Source of the DNA: the human T2T-CHM13v2.0 reference genome, Homo sapiens
Strand: one strand, 5' to 3'
DNA: 64,000 nt
Assembly: GCF_009914755.1 (NCBI RefSeq)
Contig: NC_060934.1
The position numbers were made by a program, and so were the translations under genes. The notes beneath the pieces were generated by a model. The model did no database searches. It saw only the letters and a program-made list of their open reading frames with translations, and was not told the origin of the DNA. Numbering within the stretch: the first letter of the stretch is position 1; the number at the start of each line of letters is the position of its first letter. This document shows positions 17,277 through 29,850 of the stretch, in pieces.

Positions 17277-20165
17277 TTAGGAAGCTGTAACAATTATAAA
17301 TGTATGGAGATAACATGAGAGCCCCAAAATGCATGAAGCAAAAACAGACGGTATTGAAGAAGAAACAGAGGACTAATTAATTAGAGTTGGAGATTTCCAT
17401 ATCCCAATCTCCATAATTGATAGAACAACTAGACAGAATATCAGCAACTATATAGAAGTCTTGAACAACAGTATCAACTAATTTGACCCAATCAACATAC
17501 ATAGGGCACTCCTAACAATGACTGCAGAATATACATTATTTTCAAGTACATTTAGAATATTCTCTAGGAGAGACCTATGGTAGGCCATAAAACAAGTCCT
17601 GATCAATTAAAAAATCTAAATCATATAAAGTACATTATCTATCTTGGAATTAAATTAGAAATAACAACAGAAAGCGATTTTGGAAACCCTCAAATATTTG
17701 GAAGTTGAACAACACACTACTAAATCAGCCACACATCACACAGGAAATCAGAAGGGAAGTTGGAACATATTTTGAATGGAATGAAAATGAAAAATAATAT
17801 GCCAATATTTATGGTATACAGCAAAATCACTATAGGGAAATCTATAGCTTTAAATGCGTATATCAGAATATAAGGGCTCAAATCAATAAGCTAAGCTTTC
17901 ATGTTAAGAAACTAGAAAAATTAGAAACTAAATCTAAATCAAGCAGAAAAAGAAAGAATAAAGAGAAATAAAATAAAGAAATAAAAAAATCAATGAACTA
18001 GAAAACAGTAAAACATTAGAGAAAATCCATGAAACAAAAAGCTAGCTTGTTGAAAAGATTAATAAAATGGAAAAGCCTTTATCTGGACTGACAAAGAATA
18101 AAAAATCAGTAATGAAAAAGGGGACATAATATCAACTCAACTGAAATTAAAAAGACTTATCAAAGAATACTATGAACAACCTTACGCCAACAAAGACAGA
18201 AATAATCATACATATACATGCACGTGCCCCCACCTCCCGCCACAGACGTATAAATAGGTATAACACCAATACTTCACAACATTTTTCAGAAAATGAGAGA
18301 ACACTTCCCAACTCATTCTATGAGGCCAGTATTACCTTGATATTAAAGCTAGATGAAGACCTTCTACAAAAAGAAAACTACCAGGCTAATATCCCTCATT
18401 AACATACATAAAAATGCTCAACAAAATATTAGCAAAGTAAATTCAGCAAGATATAAAAAGGATTATACACCATGAATCAATGGGATTTATCCCAGGAATG
18501 TAACATTAGTTTGACACCTGAAAAAATCAATTAATGTTGTACATCTATTACACATCTATATATTTTATTAATAGAAATAGAATAAAGGACAAAACCCATA
18601 TAATCATCTAATGGATGCAGAAAAGCATCTGACAAAATCCAATAGCCATTCATGATTTTAAAAAACAACAACTCTCAACAAACTAGGAGTAGAAGGGAAA
18701 TTAATGTGTTAAAGGGTATCTATGACAAACCCAGAGACCAATATCATATGTAACCATGAAAATACTGAATGCTTTCCCCTTAAAATAAGGACAAAGGCAG
18801 AGGTAGCCACTTTCTCCACTTCTAGTCAACAATATACTGTATTATTCTATCCAGTACAATAGACAGTGAGAGACAAAGGGAAAAAAGAGGGTCGGGAGAG
18901 GGAAGGAGGGGAAGAGAGGCAGAGAAAAATTTAAAGCCAGATTGGAAAGGAAGAAGAAAATCTGTCTTTATTTGCAGATGATATGATACTGTGTTTGGAA
19001 AATTATCACAAGAACTAATTTAAAAATCTGCTAGAACTAATAAGTTTTTCAAAGTTGCAGAATACAAGATGGACATAGCAAAAATCAATTGTATACCTAC
19101 ACATCAGCAACAAAAACTCCATAAATGAAATTAAGAAAACAACACCATTCACAATAATATCAAAAAGAATAAACTATTTAGAAATAAATTTAACAATGAT
19201 GTGAAGACATGCAGAAAACACTTCTGAGAGAAGATTAAGAAGATATAAATAATTAGAAGTACATTTCTTTCTCATGAAGTTAAAGAATCAATATTGTCAG
19301 GATGGCAATTATCTTCCAATGAATCTACAAATTCAATGTGATTCCTATCAAAATCTCAGAAACATTTTATGGGGTGGAGAAATTGGCATGCTAATTTGAA
19401 ATTTTATATAAAAACACAAAGGGCCTAGAATAGGCAAAATAATTTTGTAAAAGAATAAAGTTACACACTACCTATTTTTACATTTTCTCCAAAGTTATAG
19501 TAATCAAGATAGTATGGTATAGGCACAAGGATAGGTCTACAGGTCAATAGAATATAATTGAGAATCCAGAAGTAAACCCCAATATTTGTGGCTAGCTGAT
19601 AGTTCACAAAGGAGCTTGGGCAATTCAGTGGGGAAAGGAAAATTTTTTAACAAATGGTGTTGGGACAATTGGCTATCCATAAGCGAAACAGCAGCAGCAA
19701 CAACAACAACAACAACAAAAACCCTTCAAACAAACAAGCAACAAAACAACCCTTTGACTGTACCTCATACTATATACAAAAATTAACTCAAAATTGGTCT
19801 TAGCTCTAAATGTAGATGCTAAAACCATACAACTTCTAGAAACAAACACAGGAGAAAGTGTTTGTGATGTTGGGTTAGGTGGACTCTTAGATACCATATC
19901 AAAAGCATGATTCATAAAAGAAAAGATAGAAAAACTGAACTTCGACAAAATTAAGATTTTTTGCACTTTAAAATTTAAGTACACCATTAAGAAAATTAAA
20001 AGTCAAGCCACAGACTAGGAGAAAATTTAGGCAAATTATATATCTGATAATAGATTTGTATCTAGAACATGTAAACATTCTTACCACTCTAATAAGACAG
20101 ACAACCTGATTTAAAAATGGGCAAAAAATTTAAATAGGCATGTTACCAAAGAAGACATACAAACA

Positions 20166-20460
20166 GGCTGGGCTTGGTGGTTTACACTTGTAATCCCAAC
20201 ACTTTCGCAGGCTGAGAGGGGTGGATCACCTAAAGTCAGGAGTTTGAGACCAGCCTGGCCAACATGGTGAAACCCTGTCTCTACTAAAAAGACAATAACT
20301 AGCTGTGCGTGGTGGTGGGTGCCTGTAATCCCAGCTACTCAGGAGGCTGAGGCAGGAGAATCGCTTGAACCGGGAGGCAGAGGTTGCAATGAGCCGAGAT
20401 CACGCCATTGCACTCCAGTCTGGGCGACAAGAGCAAAACTCAGTATCAAAAAATATAAAA
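20166..20460 (+). mobile_element. AluS (Sq/Sx-like)
   Basis: Full dimeric Alu inside the old L1. Confidence 0.92.
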
Positions 20461-23035
20461 ATGGAAATAAAAAGGCATATGAATAGTTAATAAGCACAGG
20501 AAAGTACATTCAACATCATTAATGGTTAAGCAAATGCAAATCAAATCCCCAATAAAATACCACTTTACACCCGCTAGGATAGCTATAATAAAACAATAGC
20601 AAGTGTTGGTGAGGATGTGGAAACATTGGGACCCTTATGTATGAGGTGGGATTGTATGACGGTGGGAATGTAAAATGGTACAGAGATTTCAGAAAACATT
20701 TTGACAGTTTCTTAAAAATTAAAAAATAAACCTACCATACGACCCAGCAAGAGAAATGAAAGCCGTGTGTTCACAGAAGCATATGCATGTGAATGCTCAT
20801 AACAGCATCATTCGTAATAATCCCAATCCAAAAACAACCCAAAAGTCCATCAACGGGTGAGCGGAGAAACACAATGTGCATCCCTACAAGGGAGTATTAC
20901 TCAGCTACAAAGGAGCACACTGATCACTGATTCACACGAGAACATGAATGACCCTCAAAACGTTATGCTACATGAAAGAAGCCCAATGCAAAACACTACA
21001 CAGTTTATGCTTCCGTTTATAGAAAATGTCCAGAAAAGGCACATTTATGAAGACAAAAAGCAGATCAATGGTTTCCTTAGGTTGGGGTTGGGAGGAAGGG
21101 TTAGTTGCAGATGGGCTTGAGGGAATTTTTTGAGGTGCCGGAAATGCCCTAAAACTGGATTGTGATGATGGTTTTACAACTCCATGAATGTAGTTAAAAT
21201 AATTTAGCTGTGAACCTCGAATGGGTGAATTTTATTGCATGTAACTTACATATCAATAAGGCTGTTGAAATACATAGAATATGATAATAACCAATGCCAT
21301 GAAGAAAAAAAGATGGGAAAGGAGTATGGGAAGGCAGGGCAGGGTTTCAATTACTGCAGTCATTAAAATCTCCAGGCCCCCAGGATGTGGTGGGACTGCA
21401 CTTCCTGGGCCCCTTGCAGTTGATTGGGGCAGTGATTAGTGTGGGACAGAGTTGTGAGCAGAGTGTGATGTGTGTCCCTTCCCGGCTGAGGATTTAACTG
21501 CTGACGTGAGACCATTCACAAGCTCACTGTTTCTCGGGCCTCTGGTCTGGCAGCATCAGCCTGGGTCTTTAAGTCACTATGATTAACAGGGCAGGATCCA
21601 CCCCTCAACTCACCCAGGTGACCCGGTGGTTGTGTAACTCATCCCATTCAGACTCACACAGGTGGTCAGAGAAAGCCTTAATAAAAGCTTTGGGTAAAAG
21701 TCTGAAAGAGGTGAGTCTGTAGGCCAGGCAGCTGTCCTGGGGGGAAAATGGTCCGGAGAGTGGGCAGATCATGCAAACATCAGAGCAGCAGGGAGGCCGG
21801 CACTGCTGGTGCAGAGCAGGCGCAGCGGGGTGGGGGAGCGTGGGGTGCTTGGCAGCAGATCCTACGATGGGCAAGGCGGGTGCCAGAGGAGGGCAGGCAG
21901 CCGACAGAGGTAAGTGGCCTGGGCATCCATATGGATGTGTTGAGCAACATGGATGCCCATGGATGTGACAGTGCTGATTGGATTTAGGTTGAAAGAGTCT
22001 TGCTCTGTGCAGTATGGAGAGATGGAAGGGCCAAGGGTGGGAAGAAGAAGAGCAATGGGGAGGATCCTTTGCAAAGATCCAGGTGAGAGCCGACCTCTCG
22101 CCCCGCTGCCATGCAATTATTCCTATGAACATTCTCATCAGATCAGTCCTGTGCTTATAACCATCAATAGCTCCCTATGCCTCACGAGAACAAGTCCAAG
22201 TTTCTCAATATGGCATCCACCTACCATTCCTCCCTTATTACCCCATTCCAACTGCTTCAGCGCCCCTCTCTCTAAGTCCCCTATTCTCTCAGGACACAGT
22301 CATGCCCCCCTACCTGGGTTCTCACAATCCCCTTACATCTCTGCCAGCAGTGGGGGAGAGAGTCTGCTCTGGGAAAGGCCAAGGTGAGGACAACCACAGA
22401 GTCAGGGAGGCGTGGGAGAGGGTTTCGAAGGAGCCTCCCTACCCCAGGCTGCTCCCAGCCTTGGTCCCAGCGTGCAGGTCAGGGATTTGGGGACTTGAAG
22501 GAGTGGTTGGATTCAGAGATGCCTTCTCCTTCTCTTTGGACACTCTGGCTGGGTATGGGCAGAGGCCACCGTCTTTCTCTCCACTGTGATCCCGAGGCAC
22601 AGTGGCTTCTTGGCATGGGGAGTGCCAGGAGGGTCAGACAGGGAGAAGCCAGCAGTCTTGGGAGACAACCAGGCAGACCAGTGGTCTGAAGTTTGGGAGC
22701 TGGTGAGAAAAGAGGCTGCAGCTAGTCCTGCTGGCAGGAGAGTTCCCTAGGAGGAGCTGAGGCCCACAGTGATGGAGCTGAGGGTGCTGCCCACTGCTGG
22801 GTGAGACTTTTAGCACAGAACTCACCAAGTGAGAGGCCAAGAGGCTCACCACCAGCTCCTGCTGGAGGGAAAGTGCTGGTAGGTTCTCGATGTGGCAAGA
22901 TTGTGGACAAAGTGAAGAAATGAAGCATAGCAGTACAATTGAACGCATAAGGACCTTTCATTTGCCCTCAATCCTTGAAAATGACAGTTAAAAGCAAACT
23001 TAAGTTTCTCAATAATCTCCATTAGCTGAGAAAGA

Positions 23036-23098
23036 CGGAGGGAGGGAGGGAGGGAGAGAGAGAGAAAGAGAGAGAGAGAGGGAGAGAGAGAGAGAGAC
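23036..23098. repeat. (GGGA)n/(GA)n microsatellite
   Basis: Directly visible. Confidence 0.9.
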
Positions 23099-23319
23099 CA
23101 GGAGGTGGCAGGTGGAGAGAAGAAAGATAAACACACAGAGGTGCTAACCGAGAGACCAAGGATGGGGAGGGGAAGCCCCCTCCCCCTGTGCTGGAGACTC
23201 TTTTTTTTTTTTTTTTTTTTTTTCTGCAGCCTTTCACGAAATGGCATTGCCAGTCCATTTTTAGAGTTGTCAAAGTGTTTGAGATTAGGTAATCATTTAC
23301 AAATTAATCCAGTCTCAAA

Positions 23320-23640
23320 AGGAATGAATGTGGATGAAACTTGGAAAAATTATGCTAAGTGAAAGAAGCCAGACACGAGGCTTCATAAAAGGATACATAT
23401 TGCATGAGTCCATTTACATGACAAATCCAGAGTTGGAAAATCCATGGAGGCAGAACACAGATTGATGTTTGCATGGGGTGGAGAAGAGGGAGCAACCTCT
23501 TAATAGGTACAAGGTGATGGAAAAATTTTGGAATTAAATGGAGCTGGTGGTTGCACAACATCATGAATGTATGAATTGCCACTGACTTTTACACTTCAAA
23601 ATGGTTAAATTCATGTTATATACATTTCATCTTGATAAAG
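23320..23640 (+). mobile_element. L1MB-type 3'UTR fragment
   Basis: tatgctaagtgaaagaagccagacac...ggttgcacaacatcatgaatgta...aaatggttaaattcatgttata. Confidence 0.75.
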
Positions 23641-24129
23641 ACATTAATTCAATCAAATTCATTAAGTTCAGGTATGTCATGCAGTATGTCCTCTGTCCCT
23701 TTCTCAAAGGATTTGCACCTATGCTATGAATCTGGGGAAGAATTTATTTCATCATAGAAATCTGGTGGCTGGAACCTCCTACAAAAGCAAGTGACTGTTC
23801 CTTCCAAGCCAGATAATGCAATAAACCTAGCACAGGGAAAATAATACCTGGAGATATTAGGTATTAGGCTTGAACAGTTAAAGGTTAATCTCAGCTGCTC
23901 CCCCACCCCCTATTTTCTCCTGTGGAAAGTGAGATCCAGGGAAGTTGACAGTGTGAGAAGTGTCTGCAGCACGAGGCCGGCCCAGGGGTCCTGGCTTCTA
24001 GCCCACTCCGTTCTTCATGAACACAGAGCTTTACTCCTCACCCCATGAATATCTACTCAGACCACAGAAAAGGGGCTCTGTGGAGTCTGAGCCCACCCTG
24101 GGCTTGGTCCACTATATCCTGAACCTGGT

Positions 24130-24285
24130 AGCATATTACATTACATCACATCACCTGGGACTTTAAAAATATGCTGATATCTTGGATTCATCCAAGACCA
24201 ATTAAACCTGCATCTCTGGAGGGGGAGCCTGGGAATTTTTAAAAGCACCTTGGGTGATTTTAATGTGGAGGTTGAGGTCCATGAC
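24130..24285. mobile_element. MER5-type hAT MITE
   Basis: atcacctgggactttaaaaatatgctgat...tttttaaaagcaccttgggtgattttaatgtg. Confidence 0.6.
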
Positions 24286-24407
24286 TGCATTTCACCCACT
24301 AGCTTCTAGAATTTCCAATCTTTACCAGTCCTGGAGGGGCTCAGGCAACATCATCTCATAACTGAGCCCATCAGGTCATGCATATGACCTGACTAGCAAC
24401 TGCCAAC

Positions 24408-24730
24408 CATCACCTACACAGCCCATGCAGCCCAGCACCTGCACAACCCATCCAATCATCACCTGCATAGTCCACCCAGCCAGCACCTGCACAATCCACC
24501 CAGTCAGCACCTGCACAACAAGCCGAATCCTCACCTGCACAGCTCACCCAGTCAGCACCTGCACAATCCACCCAATCATCACCTGCATAGTCTACCCAGC
24601 CAGCACCTGCACAACCCACCCAATCAGCACCTGTACAACCCATCCAAATCATCACTTACACAGCCCACCCAACCATCACCTGCACAATCCACCCAATCCT
24701 CACCTGCACAGCCCACCCAGCGAGCACCTG
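24408..24730. repeat. 24-bp minisatellite, ~13 degenerate copies (caKcacctgcacaRYccacccaRY)
   Basis: Periodicity directly visible; repeats in ORFs 24410-24655 and 24425-24835. Confidence 0.9.
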
Positions 24731-25288
24731 CCTGTGACCCAAACAAACAGTCATCCCACTTGGTCTAACAATTATCTCCCAGGCACTTTACTGAGGGACC
24801 CAAACAGACAGTCACAGCCATCCCATTTGGTCTAATAGTTACCTCCCAGACACTTTAGTGAGGGTTACTGAGATGTCCTCACTATTTCTCTACTAGCCCC
24901 TTGGCTGGATCCTTTCCAAGCAGAGATGCAGAGTAGCCTTCAGCTGCACACAGCGTTCCCCTGTGAAGGACTTGCCTACTGCCCCAGCGGTCCTTGGACA
25001 TAGGAGTCCTTACAGACTCTGAATGCAATCAGAGCCCTGAGTCATTAGAGCCCAGGACCCTGAAGTCTCTGTTTTTCAGGCAGACACAGAGCAGCTGCCA
25101 TAGTTCAGGGGTGGGGTTTGTGCCATCAGCCATTTCCAGCAGCTGAAGGAGGTCAGAACCCTAACCACAGATGCCGCCTGGTGCTCTCAGCCACAAGACC
25201 AAGACAGCCTCCGGGGACCCCATCCCTCAAGCAAGAAGTCAAATGCAAAGGTAATCATTTCCCACATGGAACATAAAAAAATTCTTAC

Positions 25289-25340
25289 TGAAATATCTGG
25301 CTGCAAACGTCCTCCTTTTGCTGGAAGCTGTCGGCAGCAT
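25289..25340 (-). CDS. ARHGAP22: Alternative first coding segment of Rho GTPase-activating protein 22: MLPTASSKRRTFAARYF + 1 nt (phase 1)
   Basis: Reverse complement ATGCTGCCGACAGCTTCCAGCAAAAGGAGGACGTTTGCAGCCAGATATTTCA|gtaaga with a canonical donor; peptide recognised from memory as an ARHGAP22 isoform N-terminus; too short for the ORF track. Confidence 0.85.
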
Positions 25341-25451
25341 AATGAAGCTGGCAGTCTGTGCAAATTTCTTCTGTATCCTTTTTATAAAGAACCAACCACA
25401 TCCTCAAGCAGACAAGCTAATTCCTGTTTTCCAGTAACAGGAGATCCACAT
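25289..25451 (-). other. ARHGAP22: 163-nt exon (5'UTR + start codon) of the long ARHGAP22 isoform; 1-25288 would be downstream intron
   Basis: Acceptor tttcttttctatag|ATG at 25452/25451 and donor TCA|gtaaga at 25289/25288; non-repetitive sequence. Confidence 0.75.
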
Positions 25452-26892
25452 CTATAGAAAAGAAATATATTTAGAATGCCCTTTATCTGGTATTTTCTTG
25501 GATTTTAAGCAAGAAGCCTCGCTGTGAAGAATTAGTTCATTAAGCGTAAGTGCATCTAGGGATCTTGGAATGGCCTTGAGAAAGTCACGGGGTCTTGGGG
25601 TATCAGTTCCTCAAATCTGTAAAATGGGAACAATAGTGACAACCACTTCACAGAACAAAGAATTGAGAAGTGGAAAGAAGGGGCTTTGTGAGCAAAGCCC
25701 TCAGCACACATCGGATGCTATATTTGATTTTTTTTCCATGAGCTGACCTGGATTCAAGGGGAGCTGGGTTTCCAGAAAGCCTTAGAAATAAGTACAAACA
25801 ACACTGCAAATTTGCAGTGACTTCCAGGATGCATTTATGGCCTTTGTCTGGTGGGCACAGCAGTCCTGTTAGTGGGGAGAGCAAGTCCCACAGAGGGACA
25901 GTCAAGGCCCAGGAGCACCCCATGTGAGACCCTCACCAGGCACACAGGCTGCTCATGGCATGGCTTCTCCATTCCATTTCTGGAAATTTAGCATCATTAC
26001 AGCATAATTTACAGTTGTGGAGAATCAAAAAGAAAAATCCCAATTATGAAACAGCCAAGCGATATTTACGCAGCCATCAGCATCATTGACATAGTGGTCC
26101 TGGCAGTCCAAGGCAAAGGCAGGCTCCAAGGCGGTGGATACAATGTTATCTAAATGAGGGCAGCATTGATTCAGATGGAGCAGTGACTCCTGGGAGGGCA
26201 TGCATCAGGATTTTCTTCCTAGCACCCTCCTTGTCTCCTCTGTTCTATTGAGCTTGCATCACATTTATTGATAGTGACCTGAAACACCTTTCAATTGCAG
26301 AGAGCATAAAAGCAGTTAAAAACCAATCACTGCTATAAAGATAAAACAAGCATAGCCAGTGCTCAGTGGCTCAGTGCAGGCTAGATCCTTCCTACACCTG
26401 GGCTTGTGGGTGCAGGAATTGGGGCTGTCACCACTGCAGGAAGGTGCACCCTGGGCTGCGGGACAGCGCTTAGTGGGTTGTGTTGGGGGAATGTCATCTT
26501 GGCCCATGCCTTGGGGATCTGTGGACAGTTCCTGCTGCTAATGTTCTCAGAAGGGAGCGCTGGAACAGCACAGAGAACGGGGCCAACCTGAGCCTCTGGG
26601 GAGTGACCAGGGATAGCTGGAAGCAGAAGGAGGCAGCAGGCGAGCACTCAACTGCTTGAAGAGAGCAGCAAGGGCCAAAACCCAAGGTGCCAGCATGTCC
26701 TTGCAACAAAGCAAGCAGTAATTTGGGTTGCAAAGGCCAGAGTGCAAGGCTGATAAGAGCCCACAGGTACAGAGGCAGAGAGGAGTGAGAGGAAGCAGCC
26801 CATCCCACGACCTGGTGTACAGGGGGCTTTGGAACTAAAACTCTAGGACAAAGTCCAGGTTTTCCATTTTCGAGTGCTTGGAATTTAGACAT

Positions 26893-27058
26893 GGGCTAGA
26901 TTTGGCAAATAAAGGTGTAGGATGCCCAGTTAGTTTTGCAGTGTAACTGTGTTCTAAATATTGCGTGGGACATAATACCTGCTAAAAAGGTATGTATAGT
27001 TGACCTGAAACACTATTCAGATTTAACTGGGTATCCTGTATTTTATCTGGCAAACGTA
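26893..27058. mobile_element. MER53 hAT MITE (internally deleted)
   Basis: agatttggcaaataaa...gatgcccagtta / ttaactgggtatcctgtattttatctggcaa inverted ends. Confidence 0.75.
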
Positions 27059-27823
27059 TACCTTCTGAATATCCATTTTCTCTTTGATCAAAAAAGAAAA
27101 TACCACCAGGTAAGAAACTTTCAATTGCAGACAATAAGAAAGTCAGTTAAAAAGAGGGGATTTATTGGCTCCTTGAGCAGGAAAGCCCTCATAATATGGA
27201 CTTCAGGCATGGCTGGATCCAGCAGCTTGACAATGTTAACCAAGTCTGGGTTTTTTTTTCCAGTTCTCCTGTTTGCTTCTGGAATGCCTGCTTCATTCTC
27301 AACAAAGTCCCCTCATTATTAAAAAATGCTGGACACCAGCTCGCTTCAGGAACTAATACTCTTTCTTTCATGACCAACACAAAGAAAGAGCCTATCTTCC
27401 AGTGTCTCTCTCAGAAGTGCTGGGAAGCTGCCCCTCCCTACTCTCCCAAACATCTCTTCTTGCCTCATGGCCTTGGTTGGTCCACTCACCCATCCCTGAA
27501 CCACCCAAACCAATGCAATGTGCTGATTGGCTAAAGCCAACCTGGTCTCATCCCAGGAATAGGGTGGCTTGGCTTCGTAAAAGCCACCTCAGCTGGTATG
27601 GAAAAGAGGTGGTTGCTAGAGTGGATGCCAGGCACTGCAACCAAGGTTGGGGAGAAGGGGTCCAAAATACAGTGCCCACAGTGAGGTTGCCCTAAGGATA
27701 AGATACATGAGACTGCCCCGCTGGTGTGGTGTGTGTGTAAGTGTGTGCTGTATGAGAGGAGAGAGAGGGAGAGAGAGACAGAGGGAGAGGGGGAATGTTA
27801 GTTCCTCTCCTTGGACATGCTGA

Positions 27824-27825
27824 TT

Positions 27826-27887
<62 letters not shown>

Positions 27888-28078
27888 TTCCTTCCTTCCT
27901 TCCTCTCTCTTTTCTTTCTCTTTCTTTCCTTCTTTCTTTCTTTCTCTTTCTTTTCTCTCCTCCCTTCCTCCCTTTCTCCCTTTCTCTCTGTTTCTCTCTC
28001 TCTTTCTTTCTCTCTTTCTCCTTCCTTCCTTCCTTCCTTCCATCCTTCCTCCCTTCCTCTCTCTCTTTCTTTCTCTTT

Positions 28079-28137
<59 letters not shown>

Positions 28138-28428
28138 CCTTCCTTCCCTCTCCTCTCCTCTCCTCTCCTCTCCTCTCCTCTCCTCTCCTCTCCTCTCCTC
28201 TCCTCTCCTCTCCTCTCCTCTCCTCTCCTCTCCTCTCCTCTCCTCTCCTCTCCTCTCCTCTCCTCTCCTCTCCTCTCCTCTCCTCTCCTCTCCTCTCCTC
28301 TCCTCTCCTCTCCTCTCCTCTCCTCTCCTCTCCTCTCCTCTCCTCTCCTCTCCTCTCCTCTCCTCTCCTCTCCTCTCCTCTCCTCTCCTCTCCTCTCCTC
28401 TTTTCTTTTCTTTTCTTTTCTTTCCTCT
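27824..28428. repeat. ~600-bp polypyrimidine compound STR: (TTTC)n, (TTCC)n, (TCCTC)50, (TTTTC)4
   Basis: Perfect TCCTC run 28151-28400; essentially purine-free on the + strand. Confidence 0.97.
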
Positions 28429-28859
28429 TGGCCAGCTCGGTGACTCAATCTCCTTCCTGGTCTCAGGCCCCTCCCACGAACTGGCCCGTGTGTGCCCGGG
28501 GAAGGTCCCTTCTCCTCACTGACCTCCACCCACACCATGGAGAGTGGATGTGTGTGGGGGCGGGGGGGGCGGGGGACGCTGCATCAGGAGACCTCTGGTT
28601 AGGGAATTTTTATCAGGAACCACCTCTGTGACCTTTACCAACCTCAGCCTATAGTGGGGACAAGGTCCTACAGCGTGGGCCTCTCCTTTGGAAGGCTTTG
28701 GGACAGAGTTCTGCCCACCAGCTGGAGGACAGTGACCTCAGGGGGAGAAGGGACAGGAGACTGCTCTCCAGTCCCTCACCCCAGCCCTCGCCTTTCCCTC
28801 ACCCACCTTTCTTTGCAGCAAGTTCAAAGGCAGGTCATACACCAGCTAAGCGGGCACAG

Positions 28860-29850
28860 CTGGGCACAGTTCCCGGGGCCTGCCGGGCAGCGCTGGGAAG
28901 GGCGGCAGAGAGCGCGGACTGGACGCTCGTCTTGGAATGACTCAGCCAGGAGCAGCCGCCAGCAGCATGGGCCACGCAGCAAACGGGCGCGCCGTGGGAG
29001 CTGGAGAGGCCAGGTCTTCTGGAACCAGGCCAGCGCACCCTGCCCGGGCGTCACCCCACCACGGACATTCACAATGACAGTCAGCACTTCTCAGCACACT
29101 GTGGATCACACGCATTAGCCTGGCACCTGGCAGCGCCCCGAGGTGGGCATCACGGTGGGATTGGGAGGCACTCCAGTCACAGGGTTCACCAGGGCCGAGG
29201 TGGCGACGAAAACCCGTCCCTCGGGCGTGGCAGTGGCCTGGCCACGTGCGCCCCAGGGCTTGCACCCGCATCTCCCGCCGGTGGTAAGCGGGGCCTCCAG
29301 CAGAGCGGGCGGGGCTGCTCACCTGGAACCAGGGCCAGCCGTCTCCTCCCCTGCCTCGGCCGCCCGGGGCCTGCCTGGGGCTCCTTCCTCGCCGCCCGGC
29401 GGCAGCTCTTGAGCTCCCGGCCCGCTCCTTTAGCCCCGCAGGCTCCCTGGCCGTGACCCTGTCCCCGGCCTCCGTGTGATGAGCAGGCGAGCAGGGCCGG
29501 GGGGATGCAGCCCGGGCCCCGCATCCTCAGGCAGGACGGAGCTCCCGGCTGCTCGGCGCCTCTGGGGGGGGGGGGGGGATGCGGCGCAGCGGGCGGTCCC
29601 AGCGAGTCAGAAGGGTGCAGCAGCCGGGTCGGGGATGGCCGGGCGAGGCTGACCCCTGCCGGGCAGCGCGGGTGGCGCCACGGGCGGAGGCGACTTCCTG
29701 GGCCCTGGTGCACGGCGCCCCCTGGCGGGCCTCGGGGAGGCGGCCTCCTGCGTGCCCGGACCGCTCGCTGCGCCTTCCCGCCTGGCTTCCGGTTACCCAA
29801 CCTCATCTCGCCCGAGCCTCATCTGTAGCTCACCGTCCTGTGCGCCCTGT
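28860..29850. promoter_or_regulatory. ARHGAP22: CpG island; likely distal ARHGAP22 promoter
   Basis: Very high GC and CpG density, GC boxes, no repeats, ~4 kb upstream of the alternative coding exon. Confidence 0.8.
29323..29480 (-). other. ARHGAP22: Candidate non-coding first exon of ARHGAP22 (5' boundary uncertain)
   Basis: Strong minus-strand donor CAG|gtgagc at 29323/29322 inside the CpG island. Confidence 0.5.

Noticed and set aside
24410-24835. Cys/Trp- or His/Pro-repeat peptide ORFs
   Set aside because: Consequence of a 24-bp (8-codon) minisatellite period; no supporting splice or promoter evidence.
26893-27058. Possible miR-1302-type hairpin from MER53
   Set aside because: Left arm is internally deleted and the mature-like sequence (gtgggacataatacctgctaaa) is diverged.
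27795-28631. 210-278 aa ORFs (SSPLL / ERRGE repeats)
   Set aside because: Translations of the polypyrimidine STR, which lacks stop codons by composition.
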